A stretch of DNA of 64,000 nucleotides. Origin: Fimbriimonadales bacterium (GTDB taxonomy: Bacteria > Armatimonadota > Fimbriimonadia > Fimbriimonadales > ATM1). A program made the translations under genes and the position numbers. The DNA lies in NCBI GenBank assembly GCA_051003155.1, contig JBPCLO010000051.1, positions 1-64,000 on the forward strand, given 5' to 3'. Under the pieces are notes generated by a model. That model searched no databases. It worked only from the letters and a program-made list of their open reading frames with translations, and was not told where the DNA came from. Shown here one piece after another: positions 49,005 to 57,870 of the stretch. Numbering within the stretch: position 1 is the stretch's first letter; every line of letters starts with the position of its first letter.

Positions 49005-50038
49005 CGATTTTCTCCGAGGTTTCTGATTAGATTTACTTCCCGTATCACGGCCGCCACCTCGATGGCTGCCATGCAAAAATACGCCCCGCCGCAGGTGGGG
49101 TTGCGATAGCATGGGCTGCACGGCTGCTTGATATACATCGTCCTTGCGAACGGGCCATAGGGTCCAGTCGTCTCCGGGTTCGTCGGACCGTAAAGCCCGA
49201 CCACAGGCGTTCCCACCGCGACCGCCATGTGCAGAGGGCCCGAGTCCCCACCGATCGCCACATCCGCTAAGCCGATTACCGCGGCCAGGTTCAGCAGATC
49301 CGTCTTTCCGACTAGGGAATACGAGGTGAGCTTCATTCCTGCGCGGGCGCTCACGGTCGCGACTTGATCCGAAGGCGCGCCCACAAATACGGGCGTCAGA
49401 CCCATCGCAGCAAGCTGGTCGGCGAGCGCACCCCAACGTTCTTGGGACCACTGCCTCTGTGGCGTCGTAGCGCCGACAAAAAGCGCCGCGAACGGTTTCG
49501 GAACGATCGCAAGCAAGGCATTGGCCTCCGATCTGCGGGCACTGCCCAACCATTCTTGGGGCCGAAACTCCGGATTCGGAACCCCTAATGCCCGCGGAAA
49601 ATCAAGCATCACTTCGACCGCTTTTCTGTCGCGCATTTTCGACGGAATGAATGGGTAATTGTTGAAAAACTGACTTCCCTCTTTCTTTGAATCATAGGAA
49701 ATGCGATAGCGTGCGCCGGAAAGCCTTGCGATTAGCCCGCTCACGAAAAGGCTCTGCATGTCCAGAGAGACTTCATACTTGTACTTTCTGATCCCAAGTC
49801 CCAGCTTGATCGCCCCCCAAAGGCTGCCACGCGGAAATGCCCACACCTTGTCGACATAAGGATTCGCGTGGATTATCGGACGAAATGGCTTCTTAACAAC
49901 CCAGCCTATATGTGCGTCCGGTTTGTGCTGCCGCAGAATATCAGCCACCGGCAGCCCGTTGCAAATGTCGCCCAACGAACTGGACTTGATTATCAATATC
50001 CGCTTTGCCGAGGCCGCGCCGTCGATAGCCTTTACCAC
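49001..50038 (-). CDS. GT9 family (LPS heptosyltransferase-like) glycosyltransferase
   Basis: Motifs ILIIKSSSLGD, DSGPLHMAVA and GLYGPT. Confidence 0.9.
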   Translation of the reverse strand: MVKAIDGAASAKRILIIKSSSLGDICNGLPVADILRQHKPDAHIGWVVKKPFRPIIHANPYVDKVWAFPRGSLWGAIKLGLGIRKYKYEVSLDMQSLFVSGLIARLSGARYRISYDSKKEGSQFFNNYPFIPSKMRDRKAVEVMLDFPRALGVPNPEFRPQEWLGSARRSEANALLAIVPKPFAALFVGATTPQRQWSQERWGALADQLAAMGLTPVFVGAPSDQVATVSARAGMKLTSYSLVGKTDLLNLAAVIGLADVAIGGDSGPLHMAVAVGTPVVGLYGPTNPETTGPYGPFARTMYIKQPCSPCYRNPTCGGAYFCMAAIEVAAVIREVNLIRNLGENR

Positions 50039-50958
50039 TACTCGATGATTCCTAGTTCGCGAGCCCACCGCCAACGGTCATGCATCCAAAGCCACTGCTC
50101 GGGACGTCGCCTGATCGCAGATTCGATCCGCTCGTTGACTTTCGTCATGATCGCCAGAATGTCTGCCCGTTTATCACCAGATGGTACCGGCATATCTAAT
50201 GGCTCGGCGATCGCTCTGTACTCGCCCGGGCCGGTTTCTTCGCAAAACGCCGTTATAACCGGGCATCCTGTGCGCAAGTGAATTGCCGCGGGCGCTTCGT
50301 TCGTGCCTGCCGGTAAACCAAAGAACGGCACAAGTATCTCACGCGTGTTTTGATCGGTCAATATGCCTACGATCTCGTTTTTTGTCAGCCTTCTGAGGAT
50401 TTCGCGGGCGGCCTTGCCGCGAGAAAACACTTCGACCCCATGTCTATTCCTTACGGCGTTGATCATTTGGGTAGTGCGCTCTTCGTTTGTATCACGAGCC
50501 ACGACGCTGATCTTGTAGCCCCGAAGCGTAAACGCCTGGGCCATTCGTTCCCAATCGCCAAAGTGCGCGGTTATGACGAGCACGCCCTTGCCCTTATCTA
50601 TCGCGCTTTTCACATGCTCCAGGCCCTCGAACTTAACGGAGTCCGCTATCTGTTGATCCGAAAGCCGGTCCACTCGAAAGAAGCCAACCGCGGTTCGGCC
50701 GAAATGTTCGAACACTGCCACCGCCGTCTGGCGCACACGTTCGTCGGACCACTCAGGAAAGGCCATGCGCAGATTGGCGAGGGTCCGCTCCCTATATTTA
50801 CGGCTGCCTCGAAAAATCAACCGTCCCAGGCGTCGGCCAAAAGTGCCTGCGAAGCGCTCGGGCAACGCCCGCACGATGACGGCGACGCCGCGCAATGCGA
50901 CGCCGCCGATCTTACGCTCCAGCCTTTTTCTCAGGGGAAGAGAGTTCGATTTAGCCAA
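50038..50958 (-). CDS. lipid A biosynthesis lauroyl/myristoyl acyltransferase (LpxL/HtrB family)
   Basis: Motifs TAHFGDWE, DQ, FFG and PEQWLWMHDRW. Confidence 0.9.
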   Translation of the reverse strand: MAKSNSLPLRKRLERKIGGVALRGVAVIVRALPERFAGTFGRRLGRLIFRGSRKYRERTLANLRMAFPEWSDERVRQTAVAVFEHFGRTAVGFFRVDRLSDQQIADSVKFEGLEHVKSAIDKGKGVLVITAHFGDWERMAQAFTLRGYKISVVARDTNEERTTQMINAVRNRHGVEVFSRGKAAREILRRLTKNEIVGILTDQNTREILVPFFGLPAGTNEAPAAIHLRTGCPVITAFCEETGPGEYRAIAEPLDMPVPSGDKRADILAIMTKVNERIESAIRRRPEQWLWMHDRWRWARELGIIE

Positions 50959-51917
50959 TCGGACAGTTCCGCCTCCTTGCAGAATCTGATTCGCATGTCT
51001 AGGACAAACACGTTCTCGTGAATGTTCGCGCGCCTTCGCAATTTTACGGCGTCCTTGGCCGTCGTTACCCAGTTAGAGCCGGGAGGAATATTGACCGCTT
51101 GCAAGTCATCGTGATCGGCGAGGACTATCTTGGTTTTCGCAAGAGCCCCGAACGATTCGAGCGCATCCAAAAATGATTTCGGCTCGCCAATCGCACATAG
51201 AGCGCTTACTTCGCGGCCGTGCAGCCAATCGACGGGATGCGCTTCGCCGGTGCGCATGTTCCTCAATCCCGAATATTCGCGCCGATAGGTGAACTTGGGC
51301 TGCACTGGGCAGTCTTCGGATTGCGAAAAGGCGATCGACGCTCTCCGCAGTCCCTCGTCCGGTTCACGCATTGGCCCCGCAGGGAGCAATCGCCGGTTGC
51401 GGGAGCAAGCCTTCCACATGATTGCGTCTGCCGTCCTCGCTAACGGTAGATGCTGGAATCCGTCATCGAGAATCAGCGCGTCAAGGCGTCCTGCCTGAGC
51501 GATTTCAGCCGCCCGGACCCTGTCCCTTCCTAAAATGAGCGCCACGTCAGGCAGCTCCTCTCGAATCAGGCACGCCTCGTCTCCATGGTCGGCGGGGTTA
51601 ATGGCCGCGCCCGGCCCCATGAACGCTGCGTCGCGAGAACTTGGACTGCTGTAGGCGGAGGAGCTGATCGCGATCCTCTTGCCGGCCAGCAGTCGCGCCA
51701 CAGCGATCGTCGCCGGCGTCTTGCCCGAGCCGCCGACCTCCAGATTGCCGATTCCCAGAATCGGAATCTCGAACCTCCGCCGCTTCTTGAGCCCAAGCTG
51801 GTAGACTGCCGCATACGCTCGCCAGCCGAGGCCATAAGCCCAGCTAAGCGGCAGCAAGGCGTTCGATATCGCCCAGTCTGCGCTCGTCTCTGGATTGTGA
51901 ATCCGGTGCCATCGCAC
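50931..51917 (-). CDS. lpxK: tetraacyldisaccharide 4'-kinase
   Basis: Motifs GNLEVGGSGKTP, GDE, LDDGFQH, LLPAGPMRE and TTAKDAVK. Confidence 0.92.
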   Translation of the reverse strand: MRWHRIHNPETSADWAISNALLPLSWAYGLGWRAYAAVYQLGLKKRRRFEIPILGIGNLEVGGSGKTPATIAVARLLAGKRIAISSSAYSSPSSRDAAFMGPGAAINPADHGDEACLIREELPDVALILGRDRVRAAEIAQAGRLDALILDDGFQHLPLARTADAIMWKACSRNRRLLPAGPMREPDEGLRRASIAFSQSEDCPVQPKFTYRREYSGLRNMRTGEAHPVDWLHGREVSALCAIGEPKSFLDALESFGALAKTKIVLADHDDLQAVNIPPGSNWVTTAKDAVKLRRRANIHENVFVLDMRIRFCKEAELSDWLNRTLFP

Positions 51918-51941
51918 GCAGGATTATGGCTGGCGCGGGAT

Positions 51942-52016
51942 GAGTCGGTAGCTCAGTGGTAGAGCATCGGCCTTTTAAGCCGTGGGCCGTGGGTTCGAAT
52001 CCCACCCGACTCACCA
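51942..52016 (+). tRNA. tRNA-Lys(TTT)
   Basis: GAGTCGGTAGCTCAGTGGTAGAGCATCGGCCTTTTAAGCCG...GGTTCGAATCCCACCCGACTCACCA. Confidence 0.93.
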
Positions 52017-52042
52017 CTCTTCCATTGGAGTTACAATAAGCT

Positions 52043-54109
52043 ATGCTTTGCCCGCTTTTACCCATCGCGATCATGGCCACTTTCCAATTCAAAGACGCCG
52101 AACCTCCTGTCGCTCGCAAGACCGCGCACAAGACCACTCTGCACGGCGAAATGATCGTCGACAATTACCATTGGCTCAGAAACAAGAAGAGCAAAGCGGT
52201 CATCGATTACCTGGAGGCGGAAAACGCCTACACCGACGCGGTGATGAAAGGCAGCAAGCCGCTCGAAGACGAGCTTTACGATGAAATGCTCGGTCGCATC
52301 AAGCAGACCGATCTCAGTGTCCCCTACCCTTACCGCGGCTACACATACTACACGCGCACTCAAGAGGGCAAGCAGTACCCGATCCATTGCCGCAAGAAGA
52401 TCGGCCAGGCCAAGGAACAGGTCCTGCTCGACGTCAACGGCCTCGCCAAGGGTCAAAAATTCATGTCGGTCGGCGCCTTCGCGATCAGCCCGAACGGCAA
52501 GATGCTCGCCTACACCACCGACAACACCGGCTTTCGCCAGTACCGCCTTCACGTCAAGGACCTCGAAACTGGCAAGCTGCTCCCGGACACGGCGGAACGC
52601 GTGGACGACGCGGGCTGGGCCGAGGACGGCCGGACTATTTGTTACATCACCGAAGACCCCGTCACGAAGCGCTCCGACACCATTTGGCGCAAGAAGCTCG
52701 GCGGAAAAGCCGAGTCCTTTTATCATGAAAAGGACGCACTCTACAACGTCGGCCTGGTTACATCGCTAGACCACAAATACATCTTTTTCGGATCGGGGAG
52801 CACCGATAACAACGAGCTGTGGTTCATCCCGGCCGACCAGCCGAACGCCAAGCGAAAGCTGATCGAGAAGCGTCAGGGCAAGCTGAAGTACTCCGTCGAA
52901 CACCGTAACGGAACCTTCTACATACACACCAACAAGGACGCGAAGGACTACCGCGTGATGACCACGAAGCCCGCCGCGCCGGGGCGGAGGAATTGGAAGC
53001 CGCTCATCCCGGCAATCCCATCGGGGCGGATCACGAGCATGAGCGTCTTCAAAGATTTCATGGTGATCGGGAAGCGCGAAAACGGACTTCCGGGGATCGA
53101 GATCTACGACTTCAAGACAAAAAAGCGCAAGGCGATTCCGCCTGACGAGAAGGTCTACTCGATGGGCGGCAGCGTGAACCGCGAGTTCAACACGAAGGTG
53201 TTTCGCTACAGCTACTCGTCGCCGCTCACGCCCGGCAGCGTGTACGAAATCGACGTAAATACGATGAAGCGAAAGCTGCTAAAGCGCGTAGAAGTCTTGG
53301 GCGGGTTCAACCCGAAATTCTACTTCACCGAGCGCGTTTGGGCGACTGCGCCCGACGGAACCAAGATCCCGATTGGGCTCGTTTACAACAGAGACGACGG
53401 GGATGAGCCCCGGCCGCTTCTTCTCGGCGGGTACGGGTCATACGGCGCTTCGGCGTCTTTTGGCTTCAGCAGCAGCGCGCTTAGCCTCCTCGACAGGGGC
53501 TTTATCCTCGCGACCGCTCAAATCCGCGGGGGCAGCGACATGGGTGAGGCATGGTACGAAGACGGCAAGCTGATGAACAAGCGCAACACCTTCTCCGACT
53601 TCGCCGCATGCGCCGACCATCTGATTTACGGCGGTTATACGTCTCGCGACAAGCTGGCAATCGAGGGCGGAAGCGCGGGCGGCCTCCTGATCGGCGCGAC
53701 CCTTAATATGCGCCCCGACCTCTGCAAAGCCGCCGTCCTTCACGTGCCGTTCGTGGACGTGATCAACACCATGCTCGACGAGTCGCTCCCCCTCACCGTG
53801 GGCGAGTTTCTGGAATGGGGCAACCCGAAGAAAAAGGACGAGTACCGCTACATGCGGAGCTATTCGCCCTACGAAAACATCCGCACGACTTCGTACCCGA
53901 TGATCCTGGTGAAGACGAGCCTGAACGATAGCCAAGTCATGTATTGGGAGGCGGCCAAATACGTCGCCCGGATGCGCGAGGTGGCTCATCCTGAAATGAT
54001 CCTCTTCAAGATCAACATGGCCGCCGGCCACGGCGGCTCGAGCGGCCGCTACGACCGCCTCCGCGAAGTCGCCTTCGACTACGCGTTCCTCCTGACCGCT
54101 TTGAAGTAG
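52043..54109 (+). CDS. ptrB: oligopeptidase B (S9A)
   Basis: Motifs DNYHWLR, GGSAGG, EFLEWGNP, DSQV.YWE and AGHGG. Confidence 0.93.
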   Translation: MLCPLLPIAIMATFQFKDAEPPVARKTAHKTTLHGEMIVDNYHWLRNKKSKAVIDYLEAENAYTDAVMKGSKPLEDELYDEMLGRIKQTDLSVPYPYRGYTYYTRTQEGKQYPIHCRKKIGQAKEQVLLDVNGLAKGQKFMSVGAFAISPNGKMLAYTTDNTGFRQYRLHVKDLETGKLLPDTAERVDDAGWAEDGRTICYITEDPVTKRSDTIWRKKLGGKAESFYHEKDALYNVGLVTSLDHKYIFFGSGSTDNNELWFIPADQPNAKRKLIEKRQGKLKYSVEHRNGTFYIHTNKDAKDYRVMTTKPAAPGRRNWKPLIPAIPSGRITSMSVFKDFMVIGKRENGLPGIEIYDFKTKKRKAIPPDEKVYSMGGSVNREFNTKVFRYSYSSPLTPGSVYEIDVNTMKRKLLKRVEVLGGFNPKFYFTERVWATAPDGTKIPIGLVYNRDDGDEPRPLLLGGYGSYGASASFGFSSSALSLLDRGFILATAQIRGGSDMGEAWYEDGKLMNKRNTFSDFAACADHLIYGGYTSRDKLAIEGGSAGGLLIGATLNMRPDLCKAAVLHVPFVDVINTMLDESLPLTVGEFLEWGNPKKKDEYRYMRSYSPYENIRTTSYPMILVKTSLNDSQVMYWEAAKYVARMREVAHPEMILFKINMAAGHGGSSGRYDRLREVAFDYAFLLTALK

Positions 54110-54231
54110 GCTGCCGGCCCCGCTTATCGCGTCATCCCGACAGATAGGCGCCAGGGAATATCACGTGATGACCATGAGAAACGACTGCCGACTGCCGATG
54201 GAGGGCGTCCGGGGTGGCCCTGGGCCGGCCG

Positions 54232-54860
54232 TTAGCTGTCCTTGAATACAAGCGGTTCGTACGAATCCAAAAGATATAGAGCATCAAACATGAATCGGCT
54301 TCCCGCGATGACAAACATGGCACCCGGGAGCAGAACGATCAAGCTGATTATAACGTCAGCTGTCCTTGAATACCTAAACTTGCCGTCCGGCTCGTTTTTC
54401 GAGCCTGCCTGGGCGCGAACCATTCGGTCCAAGTAGACCTGGACATGCGCGAACCAGAGCCAGAATCCAGTGCAGGCGATGGCCCATCCAATAGCAAGCG
54501 TTGCGAAACCATAGCCAACCGCAAGATTCGAATAGATAGGCACACGCGTTGCTTCAAAATACAACAGGGGGATGCGTCTCTTACTCGCTTCGATCTGAGC
54601 CTCGAGCTGCAACGCCTTAGCTCCTTTGGGTTCCTTTGGCATTTGCTCAAGGGTCGCTAGCTTTGCGTCCAAAGAATCTATGATCTGATTCATTTCCTCG
54701 TACTTGTTCGATGCCTCATGCCCGAAGAGCCTCGACCCGCCCGCGCTTATAAGGAATATGCCAGCGATGAATATCCCCACGCGCCCGCGGAGCTCGTCTC
54801 CAAGACCGCAGAGGTCCTCTTGAAGTCCGCGGGGCAATTCTTCATAGCCATATGTGTTGC
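54232..54860 (-). CDS. hypothetical membrane protein with coiled coil (start uncertain, possibly truncated)
   Basis: TM - coiled coil - TM - TM pattern in a long open frame. Confidence 0.45.
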
Positions 54861-54872
54861 CATAATCTTCCC

Positions 54873-55712
54873 ATGGGAAATTGTAAATATTGCGGAGAGC
54901 CGGCTGGGGTGTTGCGATCCGCACACGGCGAATGCATGCGTGCATACGACGCGGGCAAGGGAGAAATAGGGGCGGCTGTGCGGTCATCCATTGCAAACGG
55001 AGCGGTCGCGGCTGATATCAGGGGTGACGTTGATGCAATCGCGAGCAGGGCGAGGATTCCGGCAGATGAACTTCCGAAGATTATTCTGGATGGTACGTGC
55101 AAAGCGATTGATGCGATCGTCGAGGACGGAATCCTAAGTGAATCAGAGGAGAGGGCGTTCAACGTGATAACCACGCAACTAGGCGTTGGGGCTTCGGGGT
55201 TGCCGCAGCCCTTGACGAACAAACTAGTGATGGCAAGGGTTCTCCGAGAAATCCTTGAGGGCAGGGTACCACCCTGCCAGGTTCAGTACGATGGCCCTCT
55301 TCCATTCATGCTGCAGAAGTCTGAGTCGTTGGTGTGGTTAGAGAAGGACGTCCCGCTTACAGAGGAAACGTCGCGAACACAGTATTCAGGTGGTTCTCGA
55401 GGTACCAGCGTGCGGCTGGCCAAGGGGTTGTCATTTCGAGTAGGTGCTGGTCAGGGCGAGTACAGACAAGTGTCGTCAATGGAGCGAAAGGACATTGGGC
55501 TTCTTGGCATAACGACGAAACATCTTTATTACGCCGGACACAGGTCCTCATTTCGTATCCCCTATGCCAAGATCATGTCGTGCAATACCTACGCGGACGC
55601 AATTTCTATCACAACCGACGCGGTTCGCGCGAAGCCGCGAATTTTCGGAACGGATAATGTTTGGTTCATTTACAATGCGATCATGAATTTATCGCAGCTC
55701 GAAGCCCAATGA
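54873..55712 (+). CDS. hypothetical protein with N-terminal CxxC...HxxC
   Basis: MGNCKYCGEPAG...HGEC; C-terminal region YSGGSRGTSVRLAKG...GITTKHLYY. Less GC-biased codon use than flanks. Confidence 0.7.
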   Translation: MGNCKYCGEPAGVLRSAHGECMRAYDAGKGEIGAAVRSSIANGAVAADIRGDVDAIASRARIPADELPKIILDGTCKAIDAIVEDGILSESEERAFNVITTQLGVGASGLPQPLTNKLVMARVLREILEGRVPPCQVQYDGPLPFMLQKSESLVWLEKDVPLTEETSRTQYSGGSRGTSVRLAKGLSFRVGAGQGEYRQVSSMERKDIGLLGITTKHLYYAGHRSSFRIPYAKIMSCNTYADAISITTDAVRAKPRIFGTDNVWFIYNAIMNLSQLEAQ

Positions 55713-55851
55713 GCCGACCATCTCCCCCAGAGCCGCGTCGTCGCTCTGGGACATAGAGGGTCTCAACGCCCCCGCGACGATGACTACCGACAATGAGAAG
55801 GGCTCGAACGCTGTGAAGATTATCCGGCCTAGATGGATATAAACAAGTACG

Positions 55852-56346
55852 ATGCCAGCAGATCCGAACGTGGATGAAACCGCGCGTACCATAGCGTGGA
55901 TCGGGGTGGGCACCGGCTTGTTCAGCCTGGGTATATCAGCGGTTCAACTCGTGCTCTCCAGGCTCGACAAGAGAACAAAGCTGCGCGTTCAGCTAAGCCT
56001 GGTGAGGCTCGGTATGTCGCCTGATGACCCAAATCCGAAACCATATAAGCTGAACATCACGGCTGCGAATATTCGGGGTCCAGCGGTAACTCTGGCACGG
56101 CTTGCGTTTACGGCCCGCGGCCTGCCTCGAGGACGTTTTCTCCGAACCTCTGGCCGTCATTCGTTGCCTGCCGTCTTGGATCCGGGAATGGAGAAAAGAC
56201 TTGAGGTCGGAATCGGCGGCGTTGCCGATGCTTTGGGCGAAGAGAGCTTGACGGGTAACGTCTGCATTCGCGCGCGAATAGAGGACGCATCAGGAAAAAA
56301 GCATTGGACCAATTGGGTTGCATTTGACCTTGCAACCACCGAGTAA
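55852..56346 (+). CDS. hypothetical protein with N-terminal TM helix and Ig-like beta domain
   Basis: 164-aa ORF; IAWIGVGTGLFSLGISAVQLV TM segment. Confidence 0.55.
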   Translation: MPADPNVDETARTIAWIGVGTGLFSLGISAVQLVLSRLDKRTKLRVQLSLVRLGMSPDDPNPKPYKLNITAANIRGPAVTLARLAFTARGLPRGRFLRTSGRHSLPAVLDPGMEKRLEVGIGGVADALGEESLTGNVCIRARIEDASGKKHWTNWVAFDLATTE

Positions 56347-56533
56347 CTCGCCGCGTGAGCACTAGGATGAAGCCTGGGTAAAATGGCCCGTCACAAAATC
56401 GGCCGCCGTTGCAGATAGTAGCTGAAGACCTCGTAGCGAGCCCGCCGATTACCCCCTTTGGTAGTGGCGGGCTCCTCGCGCGGGTGCCCCGGCTACATCC
56501 GGGATCGGGCCTGCTTTCTCGCGAGACTGCCTG

Positions 56534-56565
56534 CCCATAAGTCCCGTTCGTCCTACAGGTCTTAT
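56534..56565. repeat. degenerate 9-bp tandem repeat
   Basis: cccataagt cccgttcgt cctacaggt cttat; same family as 59571-59602. Confidence 0.5.
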
Positions 56566-56612
56566 CCCAAGACGCCGATGTCACAGCTTCCTAAGGGGCA
56601 TTTGACGGACTG

Positions 56613-57181
56613 CTAGCCCGCCCACTCCTCGATGGTCCTCGGCCAATCGCTTTTCAAGAGCCGCGAGAGGGCGCGGTCGGCAAGGACCCGATCTTGGTTT
56701 TGGCATCGGGCGCAATAGTCGTTCTCGGAGTGCACAATCCGCTGGACGGGCATCCCGCACACGCGGCACGGCTTGCCGAAACGCCCGTGGACGTGGAAGT
56801 CCTCGGGAAATGCCGTGACCTCACCCATTCCGGGGAAGCGCTCACCGAAGTCGTTCCGCAGCTTCTCGATCCAACGGTAAAGCGTGTCGCGGGTGGCGAT
56901 TCGGAGGCGCTCGACCTCGTCGTTCGAGAGGGATCTCGTGAGGCGCAGGGGTGACAGGTGCGCCGCGAACAGGATCTCGTCCGAGTAGGCGTTTCCAACC
57001 CCGCTGAACCGGTTCGGCTGGGTCAGCGCCCTCTTTAGCGTGCGGTTCTCGGCCAGAAGCCCTTCGGCGAACTGTTCGGCTGTCGCCGTTATGGGATCGA
57101 TTCCGCCCGGATCGAGCTCCGCCAAGCCTGTCTTCCCGGAAACGACATGCAGCGAGGCGCGGCGCTTGGTCCCGGCCTCGG
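56613..57181 (-). pseudogene. Fpg/Nei DNA glycosylase 3' fragment, copy 2
   Basis: EAGTKRRASLH...SGVGNAYSDEIL...PCRVCG...YCARCQ...DWPRTIEE; 5' part missing. Confidence 0.85.
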
Positions 57182-57703
57182 GACTGGGTTTGTGCGCGCG
57201 TGGCCAGAATACTGAAAGCCGACATCGTCGAAGAAGTTCACAACCACCACAACTTCGCCTGGCGCGAGAGTCATGGTGGGCGCGATTTGTGGGTTGTGCG
57301 AAAGGGTGCAACCCCTGCGTTCCCGGGCCAAATGGGTTTCGTCGGGGGCTCGATGGGCGACATCTCGACGATCGTGGAAGGCGTGGAATCGCCTGAGTCG
57401 GCCCAGTCACTCTACTCGACGGTCCACGGCGCCGGCCGCCTCATGTCTCGGACGAAGGCGGCCGGCAAGCGTCGTGGCAACAAGCGAACCGGAGGCTCGG
57501 TCACTCGCGAGATGATGGAAACGTGGGTGCGCTCGAAGAACGTCGAGCTGCGCGGCGCGGGCACCGACGAGTCGCCGCACTGCTACAAGCGCCTGCCGGA
57601 GGTCCTCGCGCACCACGAAGGCTCGATCCGGATCCTCCACACGCTTACGCCGTTGGGCGTGGCGATGGCCGGTGAGAACGAGTTCGATCCGTATAAGGAT
57701 TGA
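57179..57703 (+). pseudogene. rtcB: RtcB RNA ligase C-terminal fragment
   Basis: RDWVC...VHNHHNFA..VRKGATPA..GGSMG..HGAGR..DESPHCYK; the N-terminal half is absent. Confidence 0.85.
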
Positions 57704-57706
57704 GTT

Positions 57707-57748
57707 GAGACTGGAGACTGGAGACTGGAGACTGGAGACTCTAGACTG
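57707..57748. repeat. tandem 7-mer repeat (GAGACTG) x about 6
   Basis: gagactg x4, gagactc, tagactg directly after the rtcB stop. Confidence 0.85.
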
Positions 57749-57870
57749 TGTTGCGCAGCCAAAGTTGCAATCAATATACGGTTTCCTCCCAGTCCCCGAC
57801 AAATTGCCGGGAGCATCGTTTATTGTAAACCACCATTCGTGGTTCGAGAGGCAAAGTGTATTATTTCGAT

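Noticed and set aside
49005..49553. 532-aa version of the GT4 ORF
   Set aside because: The N-terminal extension overlaps the GT9 gene in another frame and is not protein-like.
57182..57410. Full-length 265-aa Fpg ORF 56613-57410
   Set aside because: The first about 76 codons are the antisense of the rtcB fragment, and the catalytic N-terminal Pro-Glu motif is absent.
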